Part shown: piece after piece, positions 41,020-53,377 of the stretch
Layout of the letters: the number at the start of each line of letters is the position of its first letter
Position numbering within the stretch: the first letter of the stretch is position 1
Origin: an uncultured Gemmatimonadales bacterium
Lineage (GTDB): Bacteria; Gemmatimonadota; Gemmatimonadetes; Palauibacterales; Palauibacteraceae
Direction of reading: 5' to 3'
DNA: 64,000 bases
Assembly: GCA_963783385.1 (NCBI GenBank)
Contig: CAWANJ010000003.1
Span: 224,001 to 288,000 of the forward strand
Program-made: the position numbers and the translations under genes
Notes under the pieces: generated by a model
Databases searched by the model: none
Told to the model about the DNA's origin: nothing
Seen by the model: only the letters and a program-made list of their open reading frames with translations

Positions 41020-43473
41020 CTACCGATCACGATCCCCGGGCGGCCGACCCTCGGCCCGCAGCGCCACGAGCGGGTCGACCCGTGTGGCCCGCAGCGCCGG
41101 GACCAGGCAGGCCGACAGGGTGGCCACGAGCGTCACGCCGAGCGCGACCCCCACGGTCCGCGGATCCGTCGGCGCCACGCCGAACAGCATGCTCCTCAGA
41201 TAACGGTTCAGAACGACCACGCCGATCATCCCAAGGATAGCCCCCCCCGCCGTCAGGCGCAGACCCCGGAGCAACACGCTGCGCAGGATGGCCCCCCGGC
41301 CGGCCCCGAGTGCCATGCGAATTCCGAACTCCCGCGTGCGTTCCGACACCGCATACTCGATCACCCCGTACATCCCGACCAGCACCAGGATCAGCGCGAC
41401 GCCCGCCACGCTCCCGAGCAGCACCGCCCGGAATCGCTGGGGGGCCACGCCCCGGGCGATGTCGGCGGCCAGCGTCGAGATCTCCGGGACGGGTTGCCGC
41501 GGGTCCACCGAGCGGATCGCCCGGCGCAGCGGTCCAGCGAGCACGCCCGCTCCGAGCCCGGAGCGCACGAGAAAGACGGCCTGGTGGCCCATCGTGATCT
41601 CCGGGACGGTCGACGGTCGCTGCCTGAACGGTATGTAGAAGCCCGGTCCCGGATCCCTGGCCAGGCCGCCGCCGCGGATGTCGGCCGCCACGCCCACCAC
41701 GGTGAGCCAGGCGTCGTCGCCCTCCTCGAAGCGGATCCGTCGACCGATCGGATCGCGGCCCGGGAAGGCCTCCCGCGCCATGGCCTCGTCGATGATCGCC
41801 ACCCTGGTGGCATCGCGGTCGTCACCCTCCCGGAACGAGCGGCCCCGGAGCATCGGGATCCCCACCGTCCGGAAGTAGTCGGGACTGACGACCCCGTACT
41901 GCGCCTGTCGCGCAGCGGTCTGTTCGACACCCTCGACCACGTAGTCGCGGATCGCGTGCCCGCGGTCGATGGGCAGGTTGTTGGCGAGCGCCGCGTGCTC
42001 CACGCCCGGCACGGCGCGCAGCCGCTCCAGGGTCCGGCGATAGAAGGCATCGAGCTCCGTCACGCCCTCGAAGCGCGTGGGAGGGATCCGGACCGCCACC
42101 GTCAGCACGTCCCTCGTGCGGAAGCCGGGGTCCCGCCCCGTCAGCAGGAGAAAGCTGCGCACCAGGAGCCCGGCCCCTACCAGGAGGACCAGGCCGAGGG
42201 CGATCTCCGTGATCGCGAGGCCTTCGCTCACCCTGTGGTGGCGGCCGGAGAGCGAGGGGCTGCGCCCGCCTTCCGCGAGATCCTCGTGCAGCGATCGCCG
42301 AGCGGTGAGGACGGCCGGGACGATCCCGAACAGGCAGCCGGTGGCGATCGACGTGCCCAGGGCGAAGAGCAGCACGGTGAGGTCCACGTGGACCTCGCCC
42401 AGGCGGGCCACGCCCGCCGGCGCCGCGTGCAGCAGCAGTCCGAGAGCCGGATGCACGACGAGCAGGCCCGCCAGGCCACCCAGCAGACACAGGACCAGGC
42501 TCTCCGTCATCAGGCGCTGGATCAGGCGGCGCCGGCCGGCACCCAGCGCCGCACGGATGGCCATCTCCCGGCGCCGCGCGTTGGCCCGCGCGAGCAGGAG
42601 GTTGGCGACGTTGACGCAGGCGATGAGCAGGAGAAGGGCCGTCGCGAGCTGTAGCAGGATCAGCGCCGTGCGGATGCCCCTCACCATCTCCGACTTGAGA
42701 GTGGCGAGCCGAAGTCTCCAGCGTTCGTTCGAGGCGCTCTCGGGGTGCCGGCTCCTGAACATCGAGAACTCATGGTCGAGAGCGGCCTGCGCCTGCTGGA
42801 CCGAGACACCGGGCTTCAATCGCGCGAGAGGGATGACCCACATCATCCGACCTTCGTCGTCCCGTGGCCGCAGGGCGAGCGGCGTCCAGATCCCCGGATC
42901 GTCGACGCGAGGCCCGAGCTGACGGAATCCGCGGGCGGTGACCCCGACGACCCGATGCGGCCTGTCGTTGAGCCGCACCGTTCGCCCCAGGATGTCGCGG
43001 CGCCCCGCGTACCGCGTCTGCCACACCCGGTAGCTGAGGATGGCCGCGGCAGGTGCGCCCGGCCGGGCGTCGGCGGCCGTGAAGTCACGGCCGATCGCCA
43101 TCCCCGCGCCCAGGAGCCCGAGGAGATCGGGCGTGACGCGCGATCCCGCCAGCTGGTAGGCGCGGTCCCCGTCGGTGATGGCGAACGGCTCGGGGGAGTA
43201 TGCGGCCACCCCCTCGAAGATCGTCGAACGGCGCTCCAGGCCCATCGGAATCTCGGCCGGGCTCCACGGCGCCTGTCCCAGGACCACCAGCTCCCCGGAT
43301 TGGGGGTAGGGCAGCGGCCGCAGGAGCACGGCGTCGACGACGGTGAACAGGGCCGTCGTCGCGCCGATTCCCAGGGCCAGGGTGAGGACGGCGATGACCG
43401 TGTAGCCAGGGCTGCGGCGGAGCTGCCGCAGCGCGAAGCGGAGGTCCTGGAGGAGGGCGTCCATGCGTGTCAC
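41020..43473 (-). CDS. ADOP/MacB-FtsX duplicated permease (array member a, 817 aa, intact)
   Basis: [10 protein letters not shown]...[41 protein letters not shown]...[18 protein letters not shown]. Confidence 0.92.
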   Translation of the reverse strand: MTRMDALLQDLRFALRQLRRSPGYTVIAVLTLALGIGATTALFTVVDAVLLRPLPYPQSGELVVLGQAPWSPAEIPMGLERRSTIFEGVAAYSPEPFAITDGDRAYQLAGSRVTPDLLGLLGAGMAIGRDFTAADARPGAPAAAILSYRVWQTRYAGRRDILGRTVRLNDRPHRVVGVTARGFRQLGPRVDDPGIWTPLALRPRDDEGRMMWVIPLARLKPGVSVQQAQAALDHEFSMFRSRHPESASNERWRLRLATLKSEMVRGIRTALILLQLATALLLLIACVNVANLLLARANARRREMAIRAALGAGRRRLIQRLMTESLVLCLLGGLAGLLVVHPALGLLLHAAPAGVARLGEVHVDLTVLLFALGTSIATGCLFGIVPAVLTARRSLHEDLAEGGRSPSLSGRHHRVSEGLAITEIALGLVLLVGAGLLVRSFLLLTGRDPGFRTRDVLTVAVRIPPTRFEGVTELDAFYRRTLERLRAVPGVEHAALANNLPIDRGHAIRDYVVEGVEQTAARQAQYGVVSPDYFRTVGIPMLRGRSFREGDDRDATRVAIIDEAMAREAFPGRDPIGRRIRFEEGDDAWLTVVGVAADIRGGGLARDPGPGFYIPFRQRPSTVPEITMGHQAVFLVRSGLGAGVLAGPLRRAIRSVDPRQPVPEISTLAADIARGVAPQRFRAVLLGSVAGVALILVLVGMYGVIEYAVSERTREFGIRMALGAGRGAILRSVLLRGLRLTAGGAILGMIGVVVLNRYLRSMLFGVAPTDPRTVGVALGVTLVATLSACLVPALRATRVDPLVALRAEGRPPGDRDR

Positions 43474-43545
43474 CGCCTCGGCAGCGTGCGGTCCGACCGC
43501 GTCGGGGCGTTCCCGATCGATCTCCGAGCGGCCGTCGCTCCCTCC

Positions 43546-46008
43546 TCACTCATGACGGAGCGCCTCCATGGGGTCGATTCGGGTCGCACGGCGGATCGGC
43601 ACCCAGCAGGCCAGGGTCGCGGTCGCCGCCAGTACGAGCGCCGCGGCCACGAACGGCGCGGGATCCAGCGGCGAGATCTCGTACAGCTGGCCGCGCAGGA
43701 AGCGGCTGAGGGCCGCGGCCATCAGGAGGCCGGCGCCGAGCCCCAGGAGCGTGAAGCGAAGACCCTCGGCCAGCACGAGGCGGACGAGGTCTCCGCGGCG
43801 GGCACCGATCGCCATGCGGAGCCCCATCTCCCGTGTCCGTCCGGCCACGGAATAGGCCAGGATGCCGTAGAGCCCGACCGCCGCCAGCAACAGGGCGAGG
43901 ATCCCGAACGTCCCCAGGAGGACGGTGCTGAAGCGGTCCCGGGCCGTCACCCGGCTCAGTCGCTCGTCCATGGTGCGGACGTCCCACAGCGGGAGGCCGG
44001 GGTCGAGGTCCCGGACTACCGAGCGGGCGCTCGCCGCGAGCGCGTGCGGATCACCGGCCGACCGCGCGACCAGGTAGTTGGAGCGGTAGGAGAACTGGGG
44101 GTACGCCAGGTAGACGCCCGGCCGGGCCGGTTCCCGGAGGCTTCCTCCCACCACGTCACCGGCGACGCCCACCACTTCGGCCCACCCCTCCGAGGCATCC
44201 CACACGCTGAGCCGGATGCGCTGTCCGACGGGGTCGCGCCCGGGCCAGTATCGGTCGGCGGCGGCCCGGGTCACGATGGCCACCCGGGGCGTCCCTTCGC
44301 GGTCGCCCTCCTCGATGGAGCGACCCTCGACGATGGGGATCCCCATCGCGGCGAAGTAGCCGGCCGACACCATGTTCAGCCAGACCTCGTGCCCCTGGCG
44401 GTCGGACGTCGTCTCGCCCCGGATGCCCATGCGCACGTGGTCGCATCCGCCGCCCGCGACCGCGTCCGCGTGGGCCGGGAGGCAGTTGGCGACGGCGGCC
44501 GTCTCCACGCCCGGGCGCGCCTGCAGCCGGTCGACCGCCTCGGTGAACAGGGACGCGGCCTCGGCCCCCGAGTACCCCTGGCGGGGCACGTTCACCCACG
44601 CCGTGAACACGTGGTCGGGCCGGAAGCCCGGCGGCGTCGCGCGGAGCTGACCCAGGCTCCGGAGGAGCAGGCCCGCCCCGATGAGCAGCACCGTCGCCAC
44701 GGCGACCTCGGCGACCACGAGCACGGCGCGCGGTCCGCCCGCCCGGCGTCCGAGACCCGCGGACCCGAGCATGGTGGGGGCGTCGTGCCGGGTCGCCGCG
44801 ATCGCCGGCGCGGCCCCGAAGGCGAGGGCGGCCACGACGGCGACCAGGAAGTTGAAGGCGAGGACCGGTTCGGACAGGCCGAGCCCCTCCAGGGTCCCCG
44901 GGGCGGCGAGCGCCGCAGGTCTCAGACCGCGCACCAGGGACAGCCCGCCCCAGGCCACGAGGAGGGCGGCCCCACCGCCCAGGACGCCCAGCACCGCGGA
45001 CTCCGTCAGGAGCAGGCGGAGCAGGCGCGCGCGGCTGGCACCGAGCGCGACGCGCAGACCCAGTTCGCGGGACCTTCGAACGCCCCGCGCCAGGAAGAGG
45101 TTGGCCAGGTTGCTGCACGCGATCAGGAGCACGCAGCCGACCGCGGCCAGCAGGATGAGGAGCATGCGTCCGAGCGATCGGTCGATGCCGATGACTGCGA
45201 GGGATCTGGCGGCGAGGCCGACCTGCACGGGGCCGAAGGCGTCGGTGAACGGAATCCGCTCCGACACCGCCCGCGCGGCCGATGCGAGCTCCGCGGTCGC
45301 CAGGGGCGCCTCCGCCCGCGGGACCCGCGCGACCACCGAATGCCAGAAGGATAGCCGCTGCTGGAGGCGGTTCCTGAACACCAGCGTCGGCGCCATGGTG
45401 ATGGGCACCCACACGTCGGCCTCGCCGGAGAGGCCCGAGAACCCGGCCGGCATGATGCCGACGATCGTGAGCCGCACGCCGTTCAGGGTCACGGGCCGGC
45501 CCAGCGCGCCCGGGTCGCCGCCGAAGGCCGTGTGCCACAGGCCATCGCCGATGACGGCCACCGCCCCGGCGCCCGGCGCGGCGTCCTCGTCCGGGGCGAA
45601 CGTGCGACCGTGCGCGGCCGGCACCCCCAGCACTCCGAAGTAACTGGCCGACACGAGCTCGACCCGGGCCCGCTCGGGGTGGCCGGCGGCCGACAGGTTG
45701 TAGGTCAGCGCGTCCGGCGTGTAGGCGGCGACCGTGATGTCGCGGGCCGCATCCCGGAACGCCTCGTACTCCGGATAGGACCAGTAGCGCATCGAGTCGA
45801 CGGTCCCGCTCGGCTGCGTCAGCGTCGGCATCACGACCTGGAGCTGGTCGCTGTCCGGATAGGGCGGCCGGGCCAGCAGCACGGCGTACACGGCGGAAAA
45901 CACGGCCGTGTTGGCCCCGATCCCGAGCGCGAGGGTGAGCACGGCGACGACGACGAAGCCGGGCCTACGGGCCATCTGGCGGAGCGCGAAGCGGAGGTCC
46001 TGGATCAT
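43546..46008 (-). CDS. ADOP permease (array member b, 820 aa, intact)
   Basis: Same duplicated MacB_PCD/FtsX motif set; ends [14 protein letters not shown]. Confidence 0.92.
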   Translation of the reverse strand: MIQDLRFALRQMARRPGFVVVAVLTLALGIGANTAVFSAVYAVLLARPPYPDSDQLQVVMPTLTQPSGTVDSMRYWSYPEYEAFRDAARDITVAAYTPDALTYNLSAAGHPERARVELVSASYFGVLGVPAAHGRTFAPDEDAAPGAGAVAVIGDGLWHTAFGGDPGALGRPVTLNGVRLTIVGIMPAGFSGLSGEADVWVPITMAPTLVFRNRLQQRLSFWHSVVARVPRAEAPLATAELASAARAVSERIPFTDAFGPVQVGLAARSLAVIGIDRSLGRMLLILLAAVGCVLLIACSNLANLFLARGVRRSRELGLRVALGASRARLLRLLLTESAVLGVLGGGAALLVAWGGLSLVRGLRPAALAAPGTLEGLGLSEPVLAFNFLVAVVAALAFGAAPAIAATRHDAPTMLGSAGLGRRAGGPRAVLVVAEVAVATVLLIGAGLLLRSLGQLRATPPGFRPDHVFTAWVNVPRQGYSGAEAASLFTEAVDRLQARPGVETAAVANCLPAHADAVAGGGCDHVRMGIRGETTSDRQGHEVWLNMVSAGYFAAMGIPIVEGRSIEEGDREGTPRVAIVTRAAADRYWPGRDPVGQRIRLSVWDASEGWAEVVGVAGDVVGGSLREPARPGVYLAYPQFSYRSNYLVARSAGDPHALAASARSVVRDLDPGLPLWDVRTMDERLSRVTARDRFSTVLLGTFGILALLLAAVGLYGILAYSVAGRTREMGLRMAIGARRGDLVRLVLAEGLRFTLLGLGAGLLMAAALSRFLRGQLYEISPLDPAPFVAAALVLAATATLACWVPIRRATRIDPMEALRHE

Positions 46009-46060
46009 CTCAGTCTCCGGGCGTGGGCTGGGGGTCGGTGCGAGGTCCGCGGCCGGGCCA

Positions 46061-48483
46061 TCATCCGTCCCTGAGAGCGTGGATCGGGTCGACCCGCGTG
46101 GCCCGCCGCGCGGGGATCCAGCAGGCCAACGCGGCTACGGCGGCGAGCGCCGCCGGCACCAGCAGGAAGGTGACCGGATCCAGGGGGGCCACGCCGTACA
46201 GGAGCCCGGAGAGCACCCGCACGGACAGCAGGGCCCCGACCAGGCCGATCGCGATTCCCGCCAGGACCGGGATCATCCCGAGCCGGAGCACGAAGCGCAG
46301 CGTGGTGGCGCGGTCCGCTCCCAGCACCATGCGGATGCCCAGCTCGCGTAGCCGGCGGGTCACGGCGTAGGACAGCACCCCGTAGATACCGATCAGGGCG
46401 AGGAGCAGCGCCAGACCGGCGAACGTGGCCAGGGTCATGACGTCGAAGCGCGGGCGGAGGATGGACGTCTCGACGATCTCCCGCATGCTCCGCAGCGAGT
46501 AGATCGGGAGCGTCGGGTCCAGGGCGCCCACGGCGGCGCGCACTGCGCCGGCCAGGGCCGTCGGGTCTCCGTCCGTGCGCAGGGCGAGCGCCATGCCGTG
46601 ACGGGGACTCTGCAGGTACGCTGAGGTAGGCGTGCGGGATAGCCCGGGCGATCGAGGCTCTCCGTCCGAACGCTCCCGACCACGCCGACGATCGTGTACC
46701 AGCGGTTCCCGTCGAAGGAGATGCGGTCGCCAATCGGGTCGTGCTCGCCCCAGTACCGCCGCAGCCATGGCGCGGTCGATCACGGCCACGGGCCGGTCTC
46801 CCGGGCCGTCCCGCGCGTCCGGGAGCCGTCCCCGCACCAGCGGGATCCCGAGCGATCGGAAGTAGTCGCCTCCCTCGGAGCACACGACCGCGTCCTGGAC
46901 GACGTCCGGGCCGGGCGCGGGCCTTCCCTGGATCCGGAAGGAGAGGTAGCTGACCCGCTCTGTAGCGGCAGGTCGGTGGTGGCGCCGGCGTCGGTGACGC
47001 CCGGGAGCCTCCCGACCCGAGCCAGCAGGCTGGTCCAGAACTCGCGGACTCGCGGATCGTCCGGGTAGCGGCCGTCCGGCAGCGACACCCGGGCCGTCAG
47101 GACGCCCGCGCGCGCGGAAGCCGGGATCGACGCCCTGGAGATGGGCGAAGCTTCGGATCAGGAGCCCGGCGCCCGACCAGGAGGACGAGGGCGATGGCCA
47201 CCTGTGCGGCCACGAGGCCCCGGTCGAGGACGCCACGTCCGATCGGGTCCCGCCGTGCGGGCCCCGTCGACCAGGCTCCCCGCGCAGGTCGGTCCGGGTG
47301 AGCCGCAGCGCCGGAACGAGGCCGAACAGCGCGGTCGTGACGAGCGCCGCGCCGAGGGCGAACAGGAGCACCGCGCCGTCCAGGCGGACCTCGCTCAGCC
47401 GCGGCAGCGCGCCGGGGTCGAGCCCCACCAGCGCCCGCGTGGCCCAGAAGGTCAGCAGGATGCCGAGTCCGGCGCCCAGCACCGAGAGCACGAGGCTCTC
47501 GGCCAGGAGCTGGCCGATCGAGGCGGCGGCGCGGCGCCCCGAGGGCGGCGCGCAGCGCCAGCTCGCGGCGCGCGGGCGGCGCCGCGGGCCAGGAGGAGGT
47601 TGGCGACATTGGCGCACGCGATGAGCAGGACCAGGCCCACGGCCCCGAGGAGCACGAGCAGGGCCGGGCGCACGTCGCCCACGATGCGCTCCCGGAGCGG
47701 GGTGACGGCCACGCTCCAGCCGGTGTTGGTGGCGGGGTACTGCCGCTCGAGACGGCGGCCAATGGCGGTCATGTCGGCCCGGCCCGCCTCGAGGGTGATG
47801 CCCGGCGCCAGGCGTCCCACCACGCCCAGGAAGTCGCTGCGCCGACCCTGGCCGGGGGAGCCGGGCCGGGGCGCCACCGGGATCCACGCCTGCGCCCAGG
47901 AGGGGAACTGGAAGCCGGGCGCCGTGATCCCGACCACAGTGTAAGGCTCCCCGTCCAGGGTGACCGCGCGCCCGATCACGTCCGGGTCGCCGCCGAAGCG
48001 GTCCTTCCACAGCGAGCGCCCCAGGACCACGACCTTGCCGGCTCCGGCCCGATCCTCCTCCGGCGTGAACCCGCGGCCGGGAGACGGACCCACGCCCAGG
48101 GTGCGGAAGAAGTCGGAGGTGACGCGGGCCGCGATGAGCCGCTCCGGCGGCCGTCCCTCGCTGCCGGCCAGGTTGAGGCTGGCGCCGGCGAAGGCCGTCA
48201 TGCCGGAGAAGGAGCGACTCTGCGCCTTCCAGTCCAGGAAGTCGGGCACCGAGGCGGCCTCGTTCCCGATCCCCTCCTTGTGGCCCTGGAGGAGGACGAG
48301 TCGGCTCGCCTCGGGGTAGGGCAGCGGCCGGAGCAGCACGGCGTCCACCACGCTGAACATGGCCGTGTTGGCGCCGATGCCCAGTCCCAGGGTGAGGAGC
48401 ACGACGGCGGTGAAGCCGGGATGGCTCCGCAGCTGACGGAGGGCGTAGCGCAGGTCCTGCTTCAGTGCGTCCAGCACGGTCAT
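46061..48483 (-). CDS. ADOP permease (array member c), several apparent frameshifts
   Basis: [15 protein letters not shown] start in ORF 47452..48816; C-terminal half in ORF 46061..48010 ending RATRVDPIHALRDG. Confidence 0.85.
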
Positions 48484-50921
48484 TCCTCTCTGAGGGCGGC
48501 GGCGGGGTCGACGGAAGCGGCGCGGCGAGCGGGGAGCCAGGAGGCCACGGCTCCGACGGTCACCACGATGCCGACGGCGAGGACCGTGGTGCCCGCGTCG
48601 TGCGTGCTTACGCCGAACATCAGGCCGCCGACGAAGCGCGTCGCCGGAATCGAGGCGAGGACACCCGCCCCGGCGCCGACGAGCACCGGAGCCGAGCCCC
48701 GGGCCGCCACGGCGGCCAGCACGCCGCGCGGCGTGGCTCCCAGTGCAATGCGGATCCCGACCTCGCGGGTCCGCCGGGCGACGGCGTATGAGACCGTCGC
48801 CCACACGCCCAGGCACGCGAGGATGAGTCCCGCGGTCGAGAACAGGCTCAGCAGGAAGACTACGAACCGGTGACGGGCCAGCCCCGCGCCCAGCACCTCA
48901 CGCATCGTGCGCACCTCGTAGAGCGGAAGCGTCGGGTCCAACGCCGCCAGGCGGGCCCGAACGGCGGCTGTCAGATCGCCAGGAGGTCCTTCGCTCCGGA
49001 GCACGAGGGTCATGGTTCGTTCCGGTTGCTGCGCGTGCGGCACGTACAGGACGGGAGGGGCTTCCGCGGCCAGTGACTGGCGAACGTCGCCGACGACGCC
49101 GACCACGGTCCGCACGTGTCCTCTCCTTCCTGGCCGAGGCGGGGTAGCCGAATACGCGCGCCCAGCACTCGGCCATCCCGCAGGTACCGCCTGGCGAAAG
49201 CCTCGTTCACGACTGCCACTCGCGGGGCATCGGCATCATCGCTCTCCTGGAGGAGCCGACCTTGCAGGAGCGGCACCCGAAGCGTCCCGAAGAAGCCCGG
49301 CGTGACCGGTCGGTATTGGAGCGACGGCTCTGGAGCGCCCTCGGCGCGCTCGGTGGCCTTCGACGGTGAATGACACCTCCCACGCGCCGCCGTCCAGGGG
49401 GAGAATGGCCGTGGCGCCTGCTGAACGGACGCCTGGCAATGCGCGGAGATCCCCGAGCAGGTGGTCGTAGAAGCCCCGTACCTGCTGCGGGCTCCGTGTA
49501 GGCCGCGGACGGGAGTCCCACTCTCGCTGTCAGGGTCCGACTCGGATCCAGCCCCGGATCGACGTCCCGCAGAATGCTCCAGGCTGCGGACGACCAGGCC
49601 CGGCTGCGATCAGCAGGACCAGGGTCACAGCGACCTGTCCCGCCACGAGGGTGTCGCGGGCTCGCCTTCGACCTCGGGGCTCCCCGGTTCGGGGACCACC
49701 CAGGGCCAGGCTGCTCCCGAGACGACGGGCGCCTCCCAGGATGGCAGGCACGGCCCCCGCCGACACGCCGGTGATCAGCGCCAGCCCGAATCCGAACGCC
49801 AGGACCCGCAGGTCGGGTCGAGTCGCTGCGAGGCGGGGAAGGTCCGCCGGCGCCAGGCGGGCCAGCGCGCTGACGCCCCACCAGCCGAGCGAGGCACCCG
49901 CCGCGCCCCCGAGGAAGGCCAGAGTCAGGTTCTCCAGCATGAGCTGCCGGAGCAGACGGCCCCGGCTAGCGCCCAGCGATGCACGGACCGCCATCTCCCG
50001 GCTACGCGTGGTGGCGCGCACCAGCGACACGTTGGCGAGATTCGCGACGGCCACCAGCAGCAGCAGCGCCACGCCGGCCAGGAGGGCGAGGAGCGCGGGT
50101 CGCACGTCTCCGAGGAGGTCTTGCCGCAGACCCACGGCCGTGAGTGCGAAAGCCGTGTCCGTGTAGAACGTGGCATGTTCGCGGCGAAACGCCGGTACGA
50201 GGGAGCGGAGGTCACGCTGGAGCGCGGCCGGCCGCAGGCCTGGACGCATCCGGCCTACGACCCTCAGATAGCGGTCTCCGCGTTCCCCCGGTGTCAGCAT
50301 CCCCTGTGTGAAGCGTAGCGAGGTCCAGATTTCGGCCTCCGGGGGATAGTCGAAGCCCTCGGGCATGACGCCGACCACCCGGCGCGCCCGGCCGTCGAGG
50401 GTCAGGGTTCGTCCTATGATGGCGGGATCGGCTCCGAATCGGACGCGCCACACCCGATTCGAGAGGACGACGAGGGGTTCCGCCCCCGGGGCGCGGTCTC
50501 GCGGGGACGGGACACGGCCGAGGTCGGGAGTGACGCCGAGCGTCGCGAAGAAGCCCGGTGTCACCCACGCGCCGGTCAGACGCGCGGCTTCGTTCTCTCC
50601 CAGGAGCGTGTAGCTGTCGGGAATGAACCCTCCCATCGAGGCGAACGCGTGGGAGCGCGTCTGCAGGTCGACGAACTCGTCGGCCGAGAGCGACAGGTTT
50701 TCGAGGCCGGAGGTCGGGAACGCCGTGTTGATCCGCACCAGCCGGTCCGCGTGGGGGAAGGGCAGAGGCCGGAGGAGGACGGCATCCACGAGTCCGAAGA
50801 CGGCCGCGGCCACGCCCAGCGTGAGCGCCAGGATACCGGCCCAGAGGGCCGCGTACACGGGGTCTCGAACGAGCCGATAGAGCGCCCCACGCGCGTCGAG
50901 CGCCAGGCCTCGCACGGTCAC
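48480..50921 (-). CDS. ADOP permease (array member d), divergent, several apparent frameshifts
   Basis: ORF pieces 49530..50921, 49236..49439, 49010..49276, 48480..49115; VAVANLANVSLVR, ends RRAASVDPAAALREE. Confidence 0.8.
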
Positions 50922-53377
50922 TCCTCCCTCAGCGCGGCCGCGGGGTCCACGGAGGCGGCCCGGCGGGCGGGGAGCCAGGAGGCCAGCAGGGCCGAGAGGG
51001 TGAGCACGGCCGTCACGGCTCCGAACGCCACCGGGTCCAGCGGCGACACTCCGAACAGGAAGCGGGAGGCCACCCGGCCCAGAAGCGCGGCAAGTCCGAG
51101 CCCGAGGGCCAGGCCGACCGCCGTGACGCCGAGGCCGCGGCGCACGACGAGTCCGAGCACGGAGCCCCGGTCCGCGCCCAGCGCCATGCGGATGCCGATC
51201 TCCCGGGTCCGCCGGCTCACCACGTAGGCGAGGACGCCGTACAGGCCGATGGCGGCCAGGAGCAGCGCCAGGGCGGCGAACAGCGACAGGACGGCGGCGC
51301 CGACCCGCTGCGGGAGGAGCGAGGCCTCCATGAGCTTAGGCATCGGCGTCAGCGTGGTGATCGGGAGATCCGCGTCCACGTCGTGAATCGTCCGGCGCAC
51401 CTCCGGGACGAGGCGGTCCGGGTCACCCCGGGTCCGGACGTGCACCTTCACGTCCCGGGGCGTCTGCAGGAAGGGGAGGTAGACGAACGGCGTCGGGTCC
51501 TCCCCGAGGCTCGTGTACTTGCCGGTCGGCACGACCCCGACGACGGTCAGGTGCTCCAGGTTCGAGCTGTAGGTGAGCTGCTTGCCGAGCGGGTCCTGGT
51601 CGGGCCAGAAGCGCCTGGCGAACGCCTCGTTGACGACGGCCGCGGCCGTCGCCCCTTCCCGGTCGTCCGCCGTGAAGCCGCGCCCGCGCAGCAGCGGGAC
51701 GTGGAGGACGCGGAAGTAGCCCGGACCCACCACGGCGAAGTGGAACTCCATGTCCTCGCCCTTGCGGGGCTCGTAGCCCGCGACCCCGGTCCCCGTGCGG
51801 CTCGACGTGCCATCCAGCGGGACGGCCGAGCCCAGGGTCACGCCGGTGACGCCGGGCAGCCGGCGGAGCCGGTCCTCCAGGCCCCGGTAGAACTGGACCT
51901 CCTGGGCCTTCGAGTAGCCCTGGGTGCCCAGGTCGACGCCGGCGACCAGCACGCCCTTCGGGTCGAGGCCGACGTCCACGTCGCGCGCGGCCGCCAGGCT
52001 GCGCAGGAAGAGCCCGGCGCCCACGAGGAGCACCATCGACACGGCGACCTGGGCGACCACGAGGCCGTTCTGGAGGGTGACCCTGCGGCCCGTCCCGGTC
52101 GGCCGTGACTCCTTGAGCGAGGAGGCGACATCCGCCCGGGAGGCGCGCAGCGCGGGCGCCAGACCGAACAGGAGGGCTGTGACGAGGCTCGCCCCGGCCG
52201 TGAAGGCGAGCACCCTCCAGTCGGGTGAGACGTCGAACTGGAGCGGCACCGGCAGCGGGGGGAGCAGGGCCGGGAACAGGCGCACGGCCCACCCCGCCAG
52301 GAGGAGGCCCGCTCCACCTCCCAGGAGGCCGAGGATGGCGCTCTCGGTGAGGAGCTGCCGGATCAGCCGTCCGCGCCCGGCGCCCAGCGAGCGGCGCACC
52401 GCGAACTCCCGGGTGCGTCCCGCGCCCCGTGCCAGCAGGAGGTTGGCCACGTTGGCGCAGCACAGGAGCAGGACCAGGCCCACGACCCCCATGAGGAGCC
52501 CGGCCAGGCCGACGGCCGTGCCGCGGATCATCATCGGGACGCGCGAGAGCCGCTCGGGGACCACGGTGATGCGACGGCCCTGGTCGTGCGCGTCGGTCCA
52601 GCTGTCCGGGTAGGCCTGGTGCAGGCGGGCGGCCACCACTCGGAAGCCGGCCTGGGCCCGGGCCGGGGTCACGCCGGGGGCCAGGCGGCCGATCACGAAC
52701 AGCCCGCGGTTGCTTCGGTGCCCCACGTAAGGCTGGGACCCCGTCAGCAGGGGCGCGGCCTGGAACGGGAGCCACACGTCCACCCCGAGACCGCGGATCG
52801 AGCCCCGGAAGTCGGGCGGCGCCACGCCCACCACCGTGAAGGTGCCACCGTTCAGGTGGATCGGCTTCCCGACGATTCCCGGGTCGCCGCCGAACCGACG
52901 CTGCCACAGCCCGCGGCCGATCACGGCCACCGGCGTGGGCGCTTCGCCCTCCTCCGCCCGGAAGCCGCGACCGAGCTCCGGCCGCACACCGAGGACGTCG
53001 AAGTAGTCGGCGCTCACCAGCTCGGACATCAGGCGCGTCGTCCGGCCGCCCTCGACCAGGTTGACGGGTTTGGGAGAGAAGGCCGCCGCTCCGGACAGGA
53101 CGTCCTTCTGGTCCCGGAACGCCTCGAAATCGGGGTACGAGGAGGCGCTGTACGGAGGCCCGCTGAAGTCGCTCGTGTAAATCCACACCAGGCGGTCCGG
53201 GTGGCTCACCCGCGGCGGCGGCCGCAGAAAGAGCCCGTCCACCACGCTGAACACGGCGGCGTTGGCTCCGATCCCCAGCGCCAGCGTGAGCACCGCCACA
53301 ACGGCGAAGCCGGGGCTGCGGCGCAGCTGACGGAGGGCGTAGCGCAGGTCCTGCCTCAGAGCGTCCAGCACGGTCAT
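50918..53377 (-). CDS. ADOP permease (array member e, about 819 aa, intact)
   Basis: [50 protein letters not shown], ends RRAASVDPAAALREE. Confidence 0.92.
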   Translation of the reverse strand: MTVLDALRQDLRYALRQLRRSPGFAVVAVLTLALGIGANAAVFSVVDGLFLRPPPRVSHPDRLVWIYTSDFSGPPYSASSYPDFEAFRDQKDVLSGAAAFSPKPVNLVEGGRTTRLMSELVSADYFDVLGVRPELGRGFRAEEGEAPTPVAVIGRGLWQRRFGGDPGIVGKPIHLNGGTFTVVGVAPPDFRGSIRGLGVDVWLPFQAAPLLTGSQPYVGHRSNRGLFVIGRLAPGVTPARAQAGFRVVAARLHQAYPDSWTDAHDQGRRITVVPERLSRVPMMIRGTAVGLAGLLMGVVGLVLLLCCANVANLLLARGAGRTREFAVRRSLGAGRGRLIRQLLTESAILGLLGGGAGLLLAGWAVRLFPALLPPLPVPLQFDVSPDWRVLAFTAGASLVTALLFGLAPALRASRADVASSLKESRPTGTGRRVTLQNGLVVAQVAVSMVLLVGAGLFLRSLAAARDVDVGLDPKGVLVAGVDLGTQGYSKAQEVQFYRGLEDRLRRLPGVTGVTLGSAVPLDGTSSRTGTGVAGYEPRKGEDMEFHFAVVGPGYFRVLHVPLLRGRGFTADDREGATAAAVVNEAFARRFWPDQDPLGKQLTYSSNLEHLTVVGVVPTGKYTSLGEDPTPFVYLPFLQTPRDVKVHVRTRGDPDRLVPEVRRTIHDVDADLPITTLTPMPKLMEASLLPQRVGAAVLSLFAALALLLAAIGLYGVLAYVVSRRTREIGIRMALGADRGSVLGLVVRRGLGVTAVGLALGLGLAALLGRVASRFLFGVSPLDPVAFGAVTAVLTLSALLASWLPARRAASVDPAAALREE

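Noticed and set aside
43474-43545. Short hairpins in array spacers as integron attC sites
   Set aside because: No consistent RYYYAAC/GTTRRRY boxes, most junctions have no spacer at all, and there is no integrase in the window.
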